Shown: in pieces, positions 12,811 to 26,510 of the stretch
Position numbering within the stretch: position 1 is the first letter of the stretch
Layout of the letters: every line of letters begins with the position of its first letter
Origin: Nemertoderma westbladi
Taxonomy: Eukaryota > Animalia > Xenacoelomorpha
Direction of reading: 5' to 3'
Assembly (NCBI GenBank): GCA_032718475.1
Contig: JAUCBJ010003832.1
Coordinates: forward strand, 56,392 to 120,391
DNA: 64,000 nt
Translations under genes and position numbers: made by a program
The notes under the pieces: model-generated
Database searches by the model: none
The model's input: the letters and a program-made list of their open reading frames with translations, nothing else
Told to the model about the DNA's origin: nothing

Positions 12811-15800
12811 AGTTAATAAACAAGATAAACACAAATTTTTGGGGCAATTATACCTACACAAAATCCTCCTTTTAATATCGTTTGAGAAAGGGGAGTGAAG
12901 GTTTTGTTATATTTTCTTGGCAATGGAAACTGAATCCAGTTATAGACACATTATAAGATAAAGATACATTTCACAGCCAACTTATTGGAATTGGCAAAAG
13001 AATACCTGAACTTAATAGATGAACTGAACTATAAATTAGATGATATGAAATATCAGTATTGATACATAAATAAATGTACTATATTTGATTTTGGATGTTA
13101 CAATTCCCAGGAAGTTACGGGTCTGTTTACAATACATTATAATATCAACTAATATTGAAATCGATCCCGAATTTTAGAGTTGGGTTGTCAGCAACAAACT
13201 CGAACTTACATGATGTGGCACACATCAGCCACCTAAACTAAGGCCAATCTCTGGCCACATGATCTATGGTGAAATTCAATATTGATGTGCATGATCAAGA
13301 CGAGTGTCCATACGATTCAGAAATGTCAGTAACTTACCTCCACGCATCTTCTCACCAGCACTTTTTAATTAAACATTTAATTTCACGAGCTGATCTGACC
13401 TACGTGACCCTTACATGCAGCCGTGAAAGTCAATTTTTCTTCGAGCAGCATTTATTCATGAAAATAATATTAATATTATCTCTACTATTAATTTGCTCAT
13501 ATTTAAGTAGTGTTAAAATATAATCTTCATAACGTCAGACAAACGAGACGTACCGCTGTGCCTGTACTTCACATTCCGTTCACTAGTAGTACCAAAGGTA
13601 TCGCCCGTAGTAATTTGCTGATCACGTAGGGACTCGCGTTCTTTCTTCGTGACAATCCCCGTCCGCGCCCATGCGTTCAGGCCCTTCGTGATTTCTGATT
13701 TTGGTCCACCACCTCTTCTCCACTCCGCGCTCCCCCTCTCTTCACTTTTGAAAGTTCTCAGAACTGTATAATCCGAGATAACGATATAACTATCTATCTT
13801 AAATTTAAAAATTGGTTTACATCGCCGCGACTTTTAACTGCCTCATCAATATCAAAAAATTAGGCTACCCATCTATTTTTAGGCTATAATTAATATTTGA
13901 AAGCACTAAATTCTGCAGTATAAGATCAGTTTGTAACATAATTCTTTAACAATTTTGTATGTCCTCACTATGTCAATCACGGCCCGATAATGATGTTTTC
14001 AATGAATATATTCCCTCCCTAGCCCCTCGGTGATGTAGCTTATATTCCGAGCAGCACGTCTATATTCCATGGTTGTTTTCCATTTCGAGTTAATAATCAG
14101 ATATCGATGTGGGATGAGGAGTTGATGTTGTTCCTCATGTTATGATGCAAATATAATGGATAATATATTCCAAATCAATAATTCAATCATTAAACAGAAA
14201 ATAAAGATGATTTACAATGTTTATCAATTGCTTAAAATTTTCATCCTATGATAACTTTAAATGTTCGATGCTCGATTTCCATAATTGTAAGACACTATTA
14301 TTTCGGATTGTTGGTCCTAGAACAAATTTTTATATGTATTTAACACGTTCGTGGGGCCTTCGCGTAGCACGAACCTCAGTTATAAGGCATAAATTAAATT
14401 TATGCGATTATGCGATCAATCAAAGAAAGAGAGAGAGTTGATCCCCTTATCCGTGAAGTTACACCCACATTAGTCCAGATGGGAAGTGATTCCTTATTTG
14501 AGTATATAGTAATTAATACTTTTAGCATCAGAGGACAGACACTCTCAGCGACAATATGGGTGCGGAAAGCACAAATTCAATGCGGGTTAATTAATTTTAG
14601 ATCAATTAAATACTGATTTCTTAACACATACAACTTGAAATAATTAAAAGCTATGATAGCTGAGATGATGAATATCTATCTCATCTATGTATTTTTTATG
14701 TATAATTGAATTATTTTTTTATACTATTAAATAATGAATTTACATAATAATAATATCGCAGAAAATAATTAATTACCATGAAAGGAAACTCTGAAAATGC
14801 CACGTCAACTGCAATTAACATAAATTACTAATTAACTGCTTTTATCTTTGCTCTCGAAGTTCACACGTAATTTCTACACGAAAATTATACTTGGAAAATT
14901 ACTCAACTTTTGTATTTGTGTTGCAAGTTTGGTTAGATTTCACCGGGGATTATTGGCTAGTTATAAACGATTAAAAAAATTATTTTTATTTAATTTAATA
15001 GTTAAATTAATTTCGATTAATCTTAATTGTATTTTTATTTACTTCTTTATTTAATTGAGATCTACAGCTCTACAACTGATCTACATATCGAGACAGGCTG
15101 AGATAGTGGTACCAGTATGCTAAGCTCGCATACATTCGTGGCTCGTCCCACATATTCAATCCAGATTAGTAATTGGTATGAAATCCCACATTTGATTCTA
15201 ATTGTTTGAAATTTCTACGAAAACTCAAATTAAACTTGTAAAAAGCTATTAGCCATACACCTTTAAACCCTTAACGTCAACCTTAGAGCTTTTAACTTCA
15301 CCCTTAGAGCTCTAAACTTATCATTTAATTTCCTTTCCCTCAGCCATTTTGCGGCAATTTTGTAGTAATTGATATAGAACCCAATGGTTGCCACACCAAA
15401 GTACGACTGCGTGCGATCTCATAATAGTAAAGTCAGAGGTTAATTTGAAATTCATTGTCGCTACTTTAATTACAGTGAGAGAGATTTGATTTGGAACGAT
15501 TTGAATGAATATTCCCTAAAGCCCCTGTGATTTATTGGAGTATTCCATGTTTCATGTCTCCATACAGTGCAAGTATAGTGAGTCCGAATGTTATACTCAC
15601 ATTGTGTTGAAAATATAACGGGGGATTTACAAATTATTGTCTTTCTCATAAATTCTGAGCAATAAATCACAAAAAATAAAAATACCAAAAATTTGTAAAT
15701 GACTAGCAATTGTAAATATTTCTTAATCATATCTTATCATATATCTTTATACGCTGTTTTATAAATCACTAATGTAGTATAAATGTTGTTCAATTAGTCG

Positions 15801-16284
15801 TCAAGTGATTAAACAGTAATTATTTTATTTATAAGAGACATTCATGTGCTCCCAAGATCACATCAGTTGACTACCACACCACATATTCCATTAGCTGTCT
15901 ACCTGGGAATTGTTTATGGAATCCCTTATAGATATGAACTGATATTGATTTCGTTGAACCATATATATTTTTAGTATCATACCGTTTCAGTTACCATTAT
16001 CTTTATTGGTTTTCAAAAGAATATATATATTTCCAATTTATTTTGTCAGTCGCTCACATTGTCTTGAAATATGATCAGTTGAAATACAGATGTAAAATGC
16101 ACAATAAATGGATTGTTGAGGAACAAAAGATATATGCACAAAAGATACCCGAACATAAAGGTGTATAAGGGAATAAAAGGTACCCAAATTATTATTATTT
16201 TTTAATGGGTGCCTTTGAACCGAGTACCATTTATTATGGTAATAAACCCAATCTTAATAATATAATATTTCATTATTTTCTTAG

Positions 16285-16375
16285 GTTTGTACTAGTTTTC
16301 GTTTGCCTTGTACTCAGCGTTCTCTCGACTATCGACTCATACGAGCATATGACAAATCAGGTGCTGTTTAAAATG
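16285..16375 (+). CDS. KCNQ: KCNQ exon (S1)
   Basis: ttcttag acceptor, phase matches previous exon; FVLVFVCLVLSVLSTIDSYEHMTNQVLFKM; gtaagt donor. Confidence 0.93.
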
Positions 16376-16599
16376 GTAAGTCGGAAGAATCTCGCACCGA
16401 ATCCACAACAATAACATCCACATCCGACTAATACAAAAATATATCAATTAATTATTAGTTGTTCCTTTTAATTTTCACTTTCGAATACAAAACTATAATC
16501 AAATATAAAAACCCAAAATATGGCATTTTATATTAATGGAGGAGAGTTAGACCTGGACACTCAAAATCACTTGAACAACCTGATGACGACTACTAATGG

Positions 16600-16940
16600 C
16601 AGCACTAAATATCAACATATAAAACACCGAGCTTTATGATAAAATAGATCAGTATGTAAATAAGCCGCCTACAAGGAGTATTTCTGTAACCCGAGTCACC
16701 ATTTTGCTGACTCAGGCTACAGTAATACCAATACAAGGTTATACCATATCGGCTTCTCTGGCAACCAACGCAAGGCATTCGCGTGGACGACAGGTGATGT
16801 AGATATATAGACCAACTAGAAGGACTGGACAATACTGGACTTGGGTGATGATATTGTAACAACTGTTGAGAATCAGGAAGCCTGGAATGATCTCATTTCC
16901 ACTGTCCGAACTTGCTCTATCGACCTAGTACTAGTAGTAA
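16600..16940 (+). mobile_element. Degenerate 3' end of an RTE-like LINE
   Basis: Broken frames LLWQPTQG..RGR..YIDQL..TGL..ENQEAWN followed by a tagta-type tail. Confidence 0.55.
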
Positions 16941-17114
16941 ATTTGGAATTGTGTATTGTTCACCAAATTATAGAGGATTTAGTGTATTTGTATTTATTAT
17001 AGTTTTAAAATTATTTTTATTTATTTTGAAGTTATTAACTTACTGTTTTTTGTCACCATGTTGTTCTTTCTTTATGTTATTATTTTATAACTTTATACTT
17101 TATATATTACTTTA

Positions 17115-17282
17115 TATTATTTATTTGATCTGAAAAAATATTTGTGTAAAATAGGTATAGTTTAAAAAACGACATGTACACTCATAATACTGTACTGTAC
17201 AGTACGGTATTATGAGTGTACATGTCGTTTTTTAAACTATACCTATTTTACACAAATATTTTTTCAGATCAAATAAATAATA
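17115..17282. repeat. 168-bp spacerless palindrome
   Basis: 84-bp arms centred at 17198/17199, one mismatch seen. Confidence 0.93.
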
Positions 17283-17548
17283 GCACTCCAGATTACTACA
17301 CTATAATAAACTATAATATATATTATATACAGCCGCCATCTATGGGTCCATATAGGATTTGTACTCACTTTTTTAATATTAAGGGTAGGAATTGTTTATC
17401 ACCTCAATTTTACAATGTTAAATGCAACTAGTATCTTTGTGTTATACTTTTTAACCTTCGCGTGGCAGTTACAGCAGCAGCAGCTATATATTTAGTTCGA
17501 TACAATCAATATTTACAATCAAGCAAAACATGAACAGGCCATTGTATT

Positions 17549-17985
17549 GGTGGTGATTTTGGGCCACTTCGTTCTTTCATTGAGTTTTTGCTTTACAGTT
17601 TTCCGCAGATATGAAAAGTAAAAAGTTTATTATTAGTTTTTGCTTTCTCTTTTTTAGAAATATGAAAAGCAAAAAGTCTATTATTAGTTTTTGCTTTGTC
17701 CTTTTCAGAAATGTGTAATATTTCAATAGGCTATAGACCTATTGCTATAGTACAGTATGTAAGTCAGCTGGACACTAATACCGGTAATAAACTTTTTGCT
17801 TTTCATATTTCTGAAAACGAGGAAGCAAAATCTATTATCTAAGTAAACGTTTTGCTTTACACATTTCTAAAAAGGAGAAAACAAAAACTAATAATAAACT
17901 TTTTGCTTTCATATTTGCAGACAACTGGAAAGCAAAAACTCATGAACCTATGAAAAAATAACAAAGTTGCCCAAAATCAACACCA
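17549..17985. mobile_element. Foldback/MITE-like element
   Basis: Long imperfect inverted arms (ggtgattttgggc...tttttgcttt versus aaagcaaaaa...gcccaaaatcaacacc). Confidence 0.65.
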
Positions 17986-18218
17986 GACCATTGATAGAAA
18001 TTATATACAGTATTTTCTCCTAATTAAGGATATTCTAGGGTTACTAATAACATTATTTCTAAAAATGAAAATAATTATTCACTAAAATCATAGTAATAAT
18101 TTCTCGCAATAATAATGTAACCGTTGTTATTATCATGACAACTTAGCCTAACATGTATCCGGTACACATCCGTATTCATGATTTCAAATAATATTTCATT
18201 AAATTTCAATTTTTCCAG

Positions 18219-18345
18219 GAAGTATCTTTGGTTATTGTTTTTACTTCGGAATATGCTCTGAGATTGTGGTCAGCAGGCTGTCGTAGTCGTTACCAGGGAA
18301 TCGAAGGTCGCATCCGTTTTGCGAGACAACCATTCTCAATTCTAG
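18219..18345 (+). CDS. KCNQ: KCNQ exon (S2, S2-S3 linker)
   Basis: ttccag acceptor; [42 protein letters not shown]; gtaacc donor. Confidence 0.95.
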
Positions 18346-19051
18346 GTAACCTATGCAATTTTAAATCTAAATATAATCGTAGACCCTATTATATTTTTCT
18401 TAAAAGTTTAGTATGGGGTTACTGTGTTGTTCTGTGTTTGATGAGTGGGATGCGGAGGGGGTGTTGTTATGGTCACAATATACTAGAATCATATCAGTTG
18501 CTGAGCATGGTCATGATAGGTAACGATTATGGTTGAGCACTTGACCGTGGGAAATGGCCCCATGACTTGAGATGCAACAACAATCTTTAATTGCCATTGG
18601 ATGCAATATCCTAGCAGTAATTATTGCGCAAAAAAATCAAATTATTATCAAAGTTGGACAAACCTGTGATCAATCAATTGTCAACATACACCGAAATGAA
18701 ATTAATACCAAGAACAAGCCATGGACGTGGACGTGGACATTAGATACTGAAGTGGGAGGTCACCTCGTAACCAGACTGCAATATATGGATTCGGGGCAGT
18801 TGTTAAGCTTCTCCCTGCTACCGCATCCTGTGCCCTGGGTGGTTTCCCATCCATGAATGGGCCCTAGGGTTCCATTAGTAAGGCATCGTAAAATATTGTT
18901 GTGGGATGAGGATGCTGGATGACACAGAAACATCCACTAATAATAAATTGTTAGATATTTTTACATGTAGTCATTTTAATTACTGCATTTTCTAAAACAT
19001 CAATTAATTGTGATAATATCTTATAAATATATATGTACCTAACTTGTTTAG

Positions 19052-19227
19052 ATGGTCTCATTGTTGGTTCATCTATTGGAATATTGGCAGTCGGATCCGA
19101 TTCCAGGGTATTTGCGGCTTCAACTCTGCGTGGAATGAGATTCTTGCAGATCCTGAGGATGGTGAGAATGGACAGGAGAGGAGGTTCATGGAAGCTGCTC
19201 GGTTCTGTTGTCTGGGCTCACAGGCAG
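19052..19227 (+). CDS. KCNQ: KCNQ exon (S3-S4, S4-S5 linker)
   Basis: [34 protein letters not shown] is the KCNQ voltage sensor; tttag acceptor, gtgagc donor. Confidence 0.97.
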
Positions 19228-20826
19228 GTGAGCAGATAAAACTGACTAACAATTCAATCATTTAATTTTCTCCATTTATTGTTAGATTTTTGTTAGGTTG
19301 ATCACCCGGTAGAAGGATGGTTGGATTTACCCGTTACAGAAAATCACCATGAACTTTACTATCTGTATAACAATAATCATCGATGTACTACAGCCTGGCT
19401 CAACAGTCGACACGTACCTGAGTACCGGTACCTATGGTAGAATTAATTTTAGTAGATTTAATTACTAGTTCATTGTTTGTGATTCGGCAGAATTCATTAG
19501 GGTTGAAACACAATCAAAATCGAGTGTATAAAACAAACTTCAACATTAGTGCGTTTTTGTTCACTCGGGGTTCATATTAGAACACTTTGAAGTGTCGACC
19601 TTGTGTCGTTAGTTCCACATAGATACAGATCGCGGAACAAAATTACCTGCAGTAGACAAAACCCCTAATTAGGCTAGACGTAGCATGTATATGATATGAA
19701 TTGGTCATCACATGAAATGAAATGTTGAAATGAGATCTAACTCGTATCACGTCGTATATAACTAGAAACATGAGAGGAAATACTACCTGTATGTTGGTAA
19801 TGTAATATAATTCCCTATGGTATTAATTATTGTGCGAGATGGGTTAGTCTTTCAGCGGGGAGGCCAGGAATTCCATCAGATGTTGTACATCTCAAATTAA
19901 CAATCCATGATCAGCATTAACAGTCATTATTTGGTCGACCCTCAATTAGCGAGTTATTTCAGTAAACGCAGGATAGGAAAGCCGGAACTATTACATCGCA
20001 TTAATTGGACTCAGCGGCTGCTGTTTACTGTCCTGACTGCCTTCATTCCTTCCTCCAAAAATGTACCTCCTACGTCAACCTATCAGAAATTACAAAGGTA
20101 ACGAGTAACTACTAGGAGTGCCTGTCCACTGTTTGACCTTTACTCATTGCGATCTTTGAGGTTGGGTGTGTTATATATTCAACTCACGTGGATTCGTCGC
20201 GGTAAGAATTAAGTAGATTGGCATATTCGGCTATAAACTCATACATTATTCCATTGTATCTTACGATCTCAAGGAAGGGATCCGAATTAACATTGGTTGT
20301 TATGGCTAGTTATGTTCTATCTCTAAAGTCACTTTAGAAGGGTTTAATATCATAAAGAAACTCTGGCTCCCTTTTCAATTTCATTATACAGCGTCTTATT
20401 GGGACATTATTTGCCTTTATATTCATGCGAAACTTACTAAGCATGACATGCAGATTCTTCCCAAATCAGAGAACTTTTATGAATATTTTATTTTTATAAA
20501 ATTTCCAAGACCTGCTGCGGGGCAGTACAAGTAATTCGATTATAACATACAGTGACAACAGGTGGGCAAGACAGCAGCTAATTAATATGTAGATTATGCG
20601 TAATAACTGGGGCAGAAGAAAGATGATTGATGCTTTATCAGTATAAATAATCAAATTTAATATACAGTTTAGTTGGTTTCTATGGTTCTGATTAAATACC
20701 ATGGGGAACCATTGAGATTATTTTATTTCTTGTCATCAAATGTTTCCGATATGGACAGTACAACGACATATTCTTTACATTGTATGTGCGTTAGTGATAC
20801 ATTTACTGTCTGCATTTTATTTTTAG

Positions 20827-20955
20827 GAACTAATGACGACTCTTTACATCGGGTTTCTTGGACTAATTTTCGCATCGTTTTTGGTCTACCAGGCAGAACG
20901 AGAGGAAAACCCGAAAGATTTTTCTACCTATGCAGACGCCCTCTGGTGGGGGATT
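20827..20955 (+). CDS. KCNQ: KCNQ exon (S5, pore helix)
   Basis: [43 protein letters not shown]; tttttag acceptor, gtgagt donor. Confidence 0.96.
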
Positions 20956-21459
20956 GTGAGTATTCGTATGTCGTAGCACTATACTTAGCTCATGGTACAT
21001 CACATACATTCCATAGAACACTTATGTCATACTATAACTGTAACTTATAACAGGTGGTTAACTGTTATAAGGTGGTAGGAAGCTGTACCATAGCATATGA
21101 CTCGTAAATTATGGATTAGTGCAGGGAAAATGATTTTCAATATCTACTCAGAATATTTTTTAATTACAATATATTTTTTTTTACAGATAAACAAACTACT
21201 ATTGGAGATATTTTTGTTCGATGTTTAAGCTTTTGTTAAAACTTTATTAGTTATTATTTACTAAACCCAACAAGTGATGTAAAAAACAATGTACCATAAA
21301 GTGAAGTCCGAAATGGAGGAAGAAAATGTAATGAAACAAAGAGAGAAGGAAGAGTGTAACGAGACATTGGGAAGCAGCACGACAAGCTGGCAAATTTTCT
21401 TCAATTATTTGATTTCCTAAATAATATTTACTATTTAATATTATATTGTTAATTTCTAG

Positions 21460-21570
21460 GTGACATTGACTACTGTGGGTTACGGAGATGCAGTCCCCGT
21501 GACGTGGCTAGGGAAACTTGTGGCGTCATTCTTCGCAATAATGGGAATCAGTTTCTTCGCACTACCAGCG
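21460..21570 (+). CDS. KCNQ: KCNQ exon (selectivity filter, S6 first half)
   Basis: [37 protein letters not shown] with the GYGD K+ filter; ttctag acceptor, gtatgt donor. Confidence 0.97.
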
Positions 21571-21791
21571 GTATGTTTAATAACTAAAATTGAATATTAA
21601 CAGACAGTTGGCTATATAATATATATAAAAAAAGAGAATAAATAGAAATATAATATTTAAATAACAGTTTCGACACTACAATACTGTAAAACAAAATCTA
21701 TTAGACAAGGGGCCAGTAAAGTTAGCCATAGGAATAGGATTTAATTTTATGATGAATGTTTCGGATTTACATCTACATTATATACAACTGT

Positions 21792-22320
21792 GGGCATAAC
21801 CTTTCGCCGTATCCGTATCCGTATTAATTTGCTGCGTCCGTATGCGTCCATACGCGTAACGGATTCCTATGGAGATTTACCGGTATGTGATTTTCAGATA
21901 AGGGGGGAAACTGGACGCAATAAAAATTCATCCCTCTCCAGGGGAAATTCGACGCAAATAACAGCTGATTACTCTCAAAAATAAAACTGTGATCTGTGAA
22001 TGTCTATATTTCCTTATCATATCAGTTTACCATTGCCGTGCCGCTGATATACTTCCAGTGCAACATATAAACCAACATAACACAACACAATAGCCAATTC
22101 TATAGCCAAGGCGGTATGGTGGAAAAACAGTCAAAATCATTGTTAGTTGCTGAGTTTGTTTTCCAGTCATCGGCGGCAAGAAAATAGGCACTGCATTGCT
22201 GGCGGATCACGGGGCTGACGGACACGGGCTGTCACTCATCCTGGACCTACCCTGTGTTGTTTATTTGACAAACGGTAAATCATACGGATACGTATACGGA
22301 TACGGCGAAATGTTATACCC
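21792..22320. mobile_element. MITE with 27-bp TIRs
   Basis: gggcataacctttcgccgtatccgtat ... atacggatacggcgaaatgttataccc. Confidence 0.75.
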
Positions 22321-22816
22321 TACAAGTGTGTATAGATTGAACTGTCCGGTACTTACAATGCAGTTGTGTGGTTTAGCATGTTTCCCCTTCATACAATAGG
22401 GTCCCAAACTGAAACTGATTCTAAAACGGAAACTTTTTGAATAGAATGCAAATGTAATAATGTGAAATTTACCTTCATTTACTATAAATTTAAATAAATT
22501 AAAAGTATTACTTATAAATATATTTATTATTATTAATTCAAATACAATTAACATGATACAAATTAACAACTAAAACGCCAAAGAACATTTCCAAATAAAG
22601 TATGCCTACCTACCAAAATCGAGTGTATGTAACACAATAATTCGTAGGAGTTGTTACCCGGTGTATTAATTAATGCCCTTGAACATCCCAATAATACTAG
22701 TGTAATCTCTATATTATTTGCTCTAAACTGAAACTTAATAAAAATACACCTAGATAGCATATAACATAAACAACAAATTATTAGACAGATTATTGATGGG
22801 GAATAAACGCGGAGTT

Positions 22817-24708
22817 TCCATTATATGGTTTATATTCCATTATATATGGTTTATATTCCATTATATATGGTTTATATTCCATTATATATGGTTTATATTC
22901 CATTATATATGGTTTATATTCCATTATATATGGTTTATATTCCATTATATATGGTTTATATTCCATTATATATGGTTTATATTCCATTATATATGGTTTA
23001 TATTCCATTATATATGGTTTATATTCCATTATATATGGTTTATATTCCATTATATATGGTTTATATTCCATTATATATGGTTTATATTCCATTATATATG
23101 GTTTATATTCCATTATATATGGTTTATATTCCATTATATATGGTTTATATTCCATTATATATGGTTTATATTCCATTATATATATATTGTATATATTCCA
23201 TTATATATGGTTTATATTCCATTATATATGGTTTATATTCCATTATATATGGTTTATATTCCATTATATATGGTTTATATTCCATTATATATGGTTTATA
23301 TTCCATTATATATGGTTTATATTCCATTATATATGGTTTATATTCCATTATATATGGTTTATATTCCATTATATATGGTTTATATTCCATTATATATGGT
23401 TTATATTCCATTATATATGGTTTATATTCCATTATATATGGTTTATATTCCATTATATATGGTTTATATTCCATTATATATGGTTTATATTCCATTATAT
23501 ATGGTTTATATTCCATTATATATGGTTTATATTCCATTATATATGGTTTATATTCCATTATATATATATGGTATATATTCCATTATATATGGTTTATATT
23601 CCATTATATATGGTTTATATTCCATTATATATGGTTTATATTCCATTATATATGGTTTATATTCCATTATATATGGTTTATATTCCATTATATATGGTTT
23701 ATATTCCATTATATATGGTTTATATTCCATTATATATGGTTTATATTCCATTATATATGGTTTATATTCCATTATATATGGTTTATATTCCATTATATAT
23801 GGTTTATATTCCATTATATATGGTTTATATTCCATTATATATGGTTTATATTCCATTATATATATATGGTATATATTCCATTATATATGGTTTATATTCC
23901 ATTATATATGGTTTATATTCCATTATATATGGTTTATATTCCATTATATATGGTTTATATTCCATTATATATGGTTTATATTCCATTATATATGGTTTAT
24001 ATTCCATTATATATGGTTTATATTCCATTATATATGGTTTATATTCCATTATATATGGTTTATATTCCATTATATATGGTTTATATTCCATTATATATGG
24101 TTTATATTCCATTATATATATATGGTATATATTCCATTATATATGGTTTATATTCCATTATATATGGTTTATATTCCATTATATATGGTTTATATTCCAT
24201 TATATATGGTTTATATTCCATTATATATGGTTTATATTCCATTATATATATATGGTATATATTCCATTATATATGGTTTATATTCCATTATATATGGTTT
24301 ATATTCCATTATATATGGTTTATATTCCATTATATATGGTTTATATTCCATTATATATGGTTTATATTCCATTATATATGGTTTATATTCCATTATATAT
24401 GGTTTATATTCCATTATATATATATGGTATATATTCCATTATATATGGTTTATATTCCATTATATATGGTTTATATTCCATTATATATGGTTTATATTCC
24501 ATTATATATGGTTTATATTCCATTATATATGGTTTATATTCCATTATATATGGTTTATATTCCATTATATATGGTTTATATTCCATTATATATGGTTTAT
24601 ATTCCATTATATATGGTTTATATTCCATTATATATGGTTTATATTCCATTATATATGGTTTATATTCCATTATATATGGTTTATATTCCATTATATATGG
24701 TTTATATA
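22817..24708. repeat. 21-bp AT-rich satellite, about 90 copies, in a KCNQ intron
   Basis: Unit ccattatatatggtttatatt with six 25-bp variant units; source of the long repetitive ORFs. Confidence 0.98.
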
Positions 24709-24838
24709 TCTTATTTCCAATGATGTAGATGTACAAATTTTAGAATATCGAAATTTTGTGTTGCAAATAAAAGTACTACTCCGTTCCATTACAATCAAAC
24801 TCAAACAACGACACCAATCTATTGTTGGTATCTTTCAG

Positions 24839-25029
24839 GGAATTCTGGGTTCTGGATTCGCGCTGAAAGTCCAACAACAACAACGTCAGAAACACTTTAT
24901 ACGTCGTCGGGTTCCTGCCGCTAACTTTATCCAGTCAGTCTGGAGGTGTTACGCCGCTGACGAGAACTCGTTGTCGACGGCGACGTGGAAGATTCACATC
25001 CGTCAGAAACCGAGCCCACCACCTCAGGG
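24839..25029 (+). CDS. KCNQ: KCNQ exon (end of S6, helix A / IQ motif)
   Basis: [41 protein letters not shown]...; tttcag acceptor, gttagt donor. Confidence 0.94.
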
Positions 25030-26254
25030 GTTAGTTATCGGAGTAGACATGTAGGAGTTAAGGATGTAAGGTGAGATTGGCACTTCAAAACGTTATTGAT
25101 ATTTTATGGTTTATGTTGAAAACATACCTAGACAAACATCGTCAGAATTTTAGTAAAAGAAATAAATTAAGAAAAAATTTAGTTAACCTTTAATATATAT
25201 TCGGCGCGAAACTCTACCTCTATCGTTTTGTCAAAGTAGCTAAAAAAATCAATTTTCACCTCCAAAACAAGAGTAGAGAGTTTTTCGATGTATTGTACAA
25301 ATTTCCGCATTTTTTTGTTCATTAAGGGGAGGGGGCGGGGGGGGGGGGGGGATACACCATTTTCAGTCAACTCTTCGATTTATAACTCTCAGCGTTTCAA
25401 AATTGTTTGGTTCTGGCTATAATTTGGAATATAGGTACCTAAGATGCTATTCTACGTGACAGGTCAGAAAGATTTTGTTTTTCGCTATTTAATATTAGTT
25501 AATACATGTTAATAATGAAAAAACTTGCGCTTAAAACCCTAAGGATTTTACAGTTTTGAATCTAATGACATGAAAGTTTTTTATATGATAGATCAAGGAT
25601 GGGGCAACAAATCTATCAGACGAAATTTGTGAAACTGCATCAGCACCGATAGGTGGCGCTGCAATTTTATGCTGATTTTTAGATTTGTTATAAATAATAT
25701 TATATTTGATTAACTAAAAATTTCAAAACGTTGTCTGATACTTTTATGCAGGGTTGCTATGTAGAGCAATTTTCAGACTAATTGCTCAAAAATTGTAGCA
25801 GTTGTATGGTTTTGAAGTTGACAATTTCATTTAAAAAAATATTTGGAAATAATAGACCTTTCATTATACATAGTAATAGTATTTTCAATAGGTCTCCCTA
25901 AATTGAAATTGTTGTAACTTGAAAACTTTAATAAGAGCTATTAAATAGCCGTTGTCAGATTTGAAACACTATTTAATCATGCATTATAATAGATCATAAA
26001 AAAAATTTCGTAATATTTTGGATCAAAATGTACTCTACCCCCTAATAATAACATTGGTTATAATAATGACTCCCCTCTTGTCATCAATGTGTCTATTCTT
26101 TTAGATTATCCGCCCTCATCTATTGCGCTGTTTCTCCAAACGTTTTGCTCTACAGTTGATTTCATAAATGTGGGAGGTGAGGGGGGATTGATGGGTTTAT
26201 TTCAAATTTTGGATGGTTTGCTTGAACATGTAAATTAGTTCTGCTAATTGGGAT

Positions 26255-26510
26255 AATGGGCAGCAGTAGAACCAGTACTACTGTATGAGAATCCAGGCCG
26301 GGTTCTAACTGCCGAGGACACCAAAAATCTGGATGGCACTTATACAAGAATGCTACTCCGGGTTCATTGTGTAAATACAATAACCACGTCACCCATCATA
26401 CTCTCTACAGCATTGGAGGTTTATCATTCTCGGTGGATAATCAAGCAAATGCCATGAGTGATAGAGAGTTGTGGCGGCGCAAATTTGTCGACAAGCCGTC
26501 TCACTGGCAC
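26255..26510 (+). mobile_element. RTE-like LINE fragment
   Basis: AAVEPVLLY...NLDGTYTRML..VHCV.YNNHVT; a related fragment SLDGTYIRMLCWVHCVKYNEHISNQTL lies at about 37098-37190. Confidence 0.6.

Noticed and set aside
22817-24708. Array of CArG (SRF) boxes
   Set aside because: The unit is CC(A/T)9GG, not CC(A/T)6GG.
22790-25054. Long ORFs (753, 632 and 513 aa) of [14 protein letters not shown] and MEYKPYI repeats
   Set aside because: They are translations of a stop-free 21-bp intronic satellite; only 24839-25029 is a real KCNQ exon.
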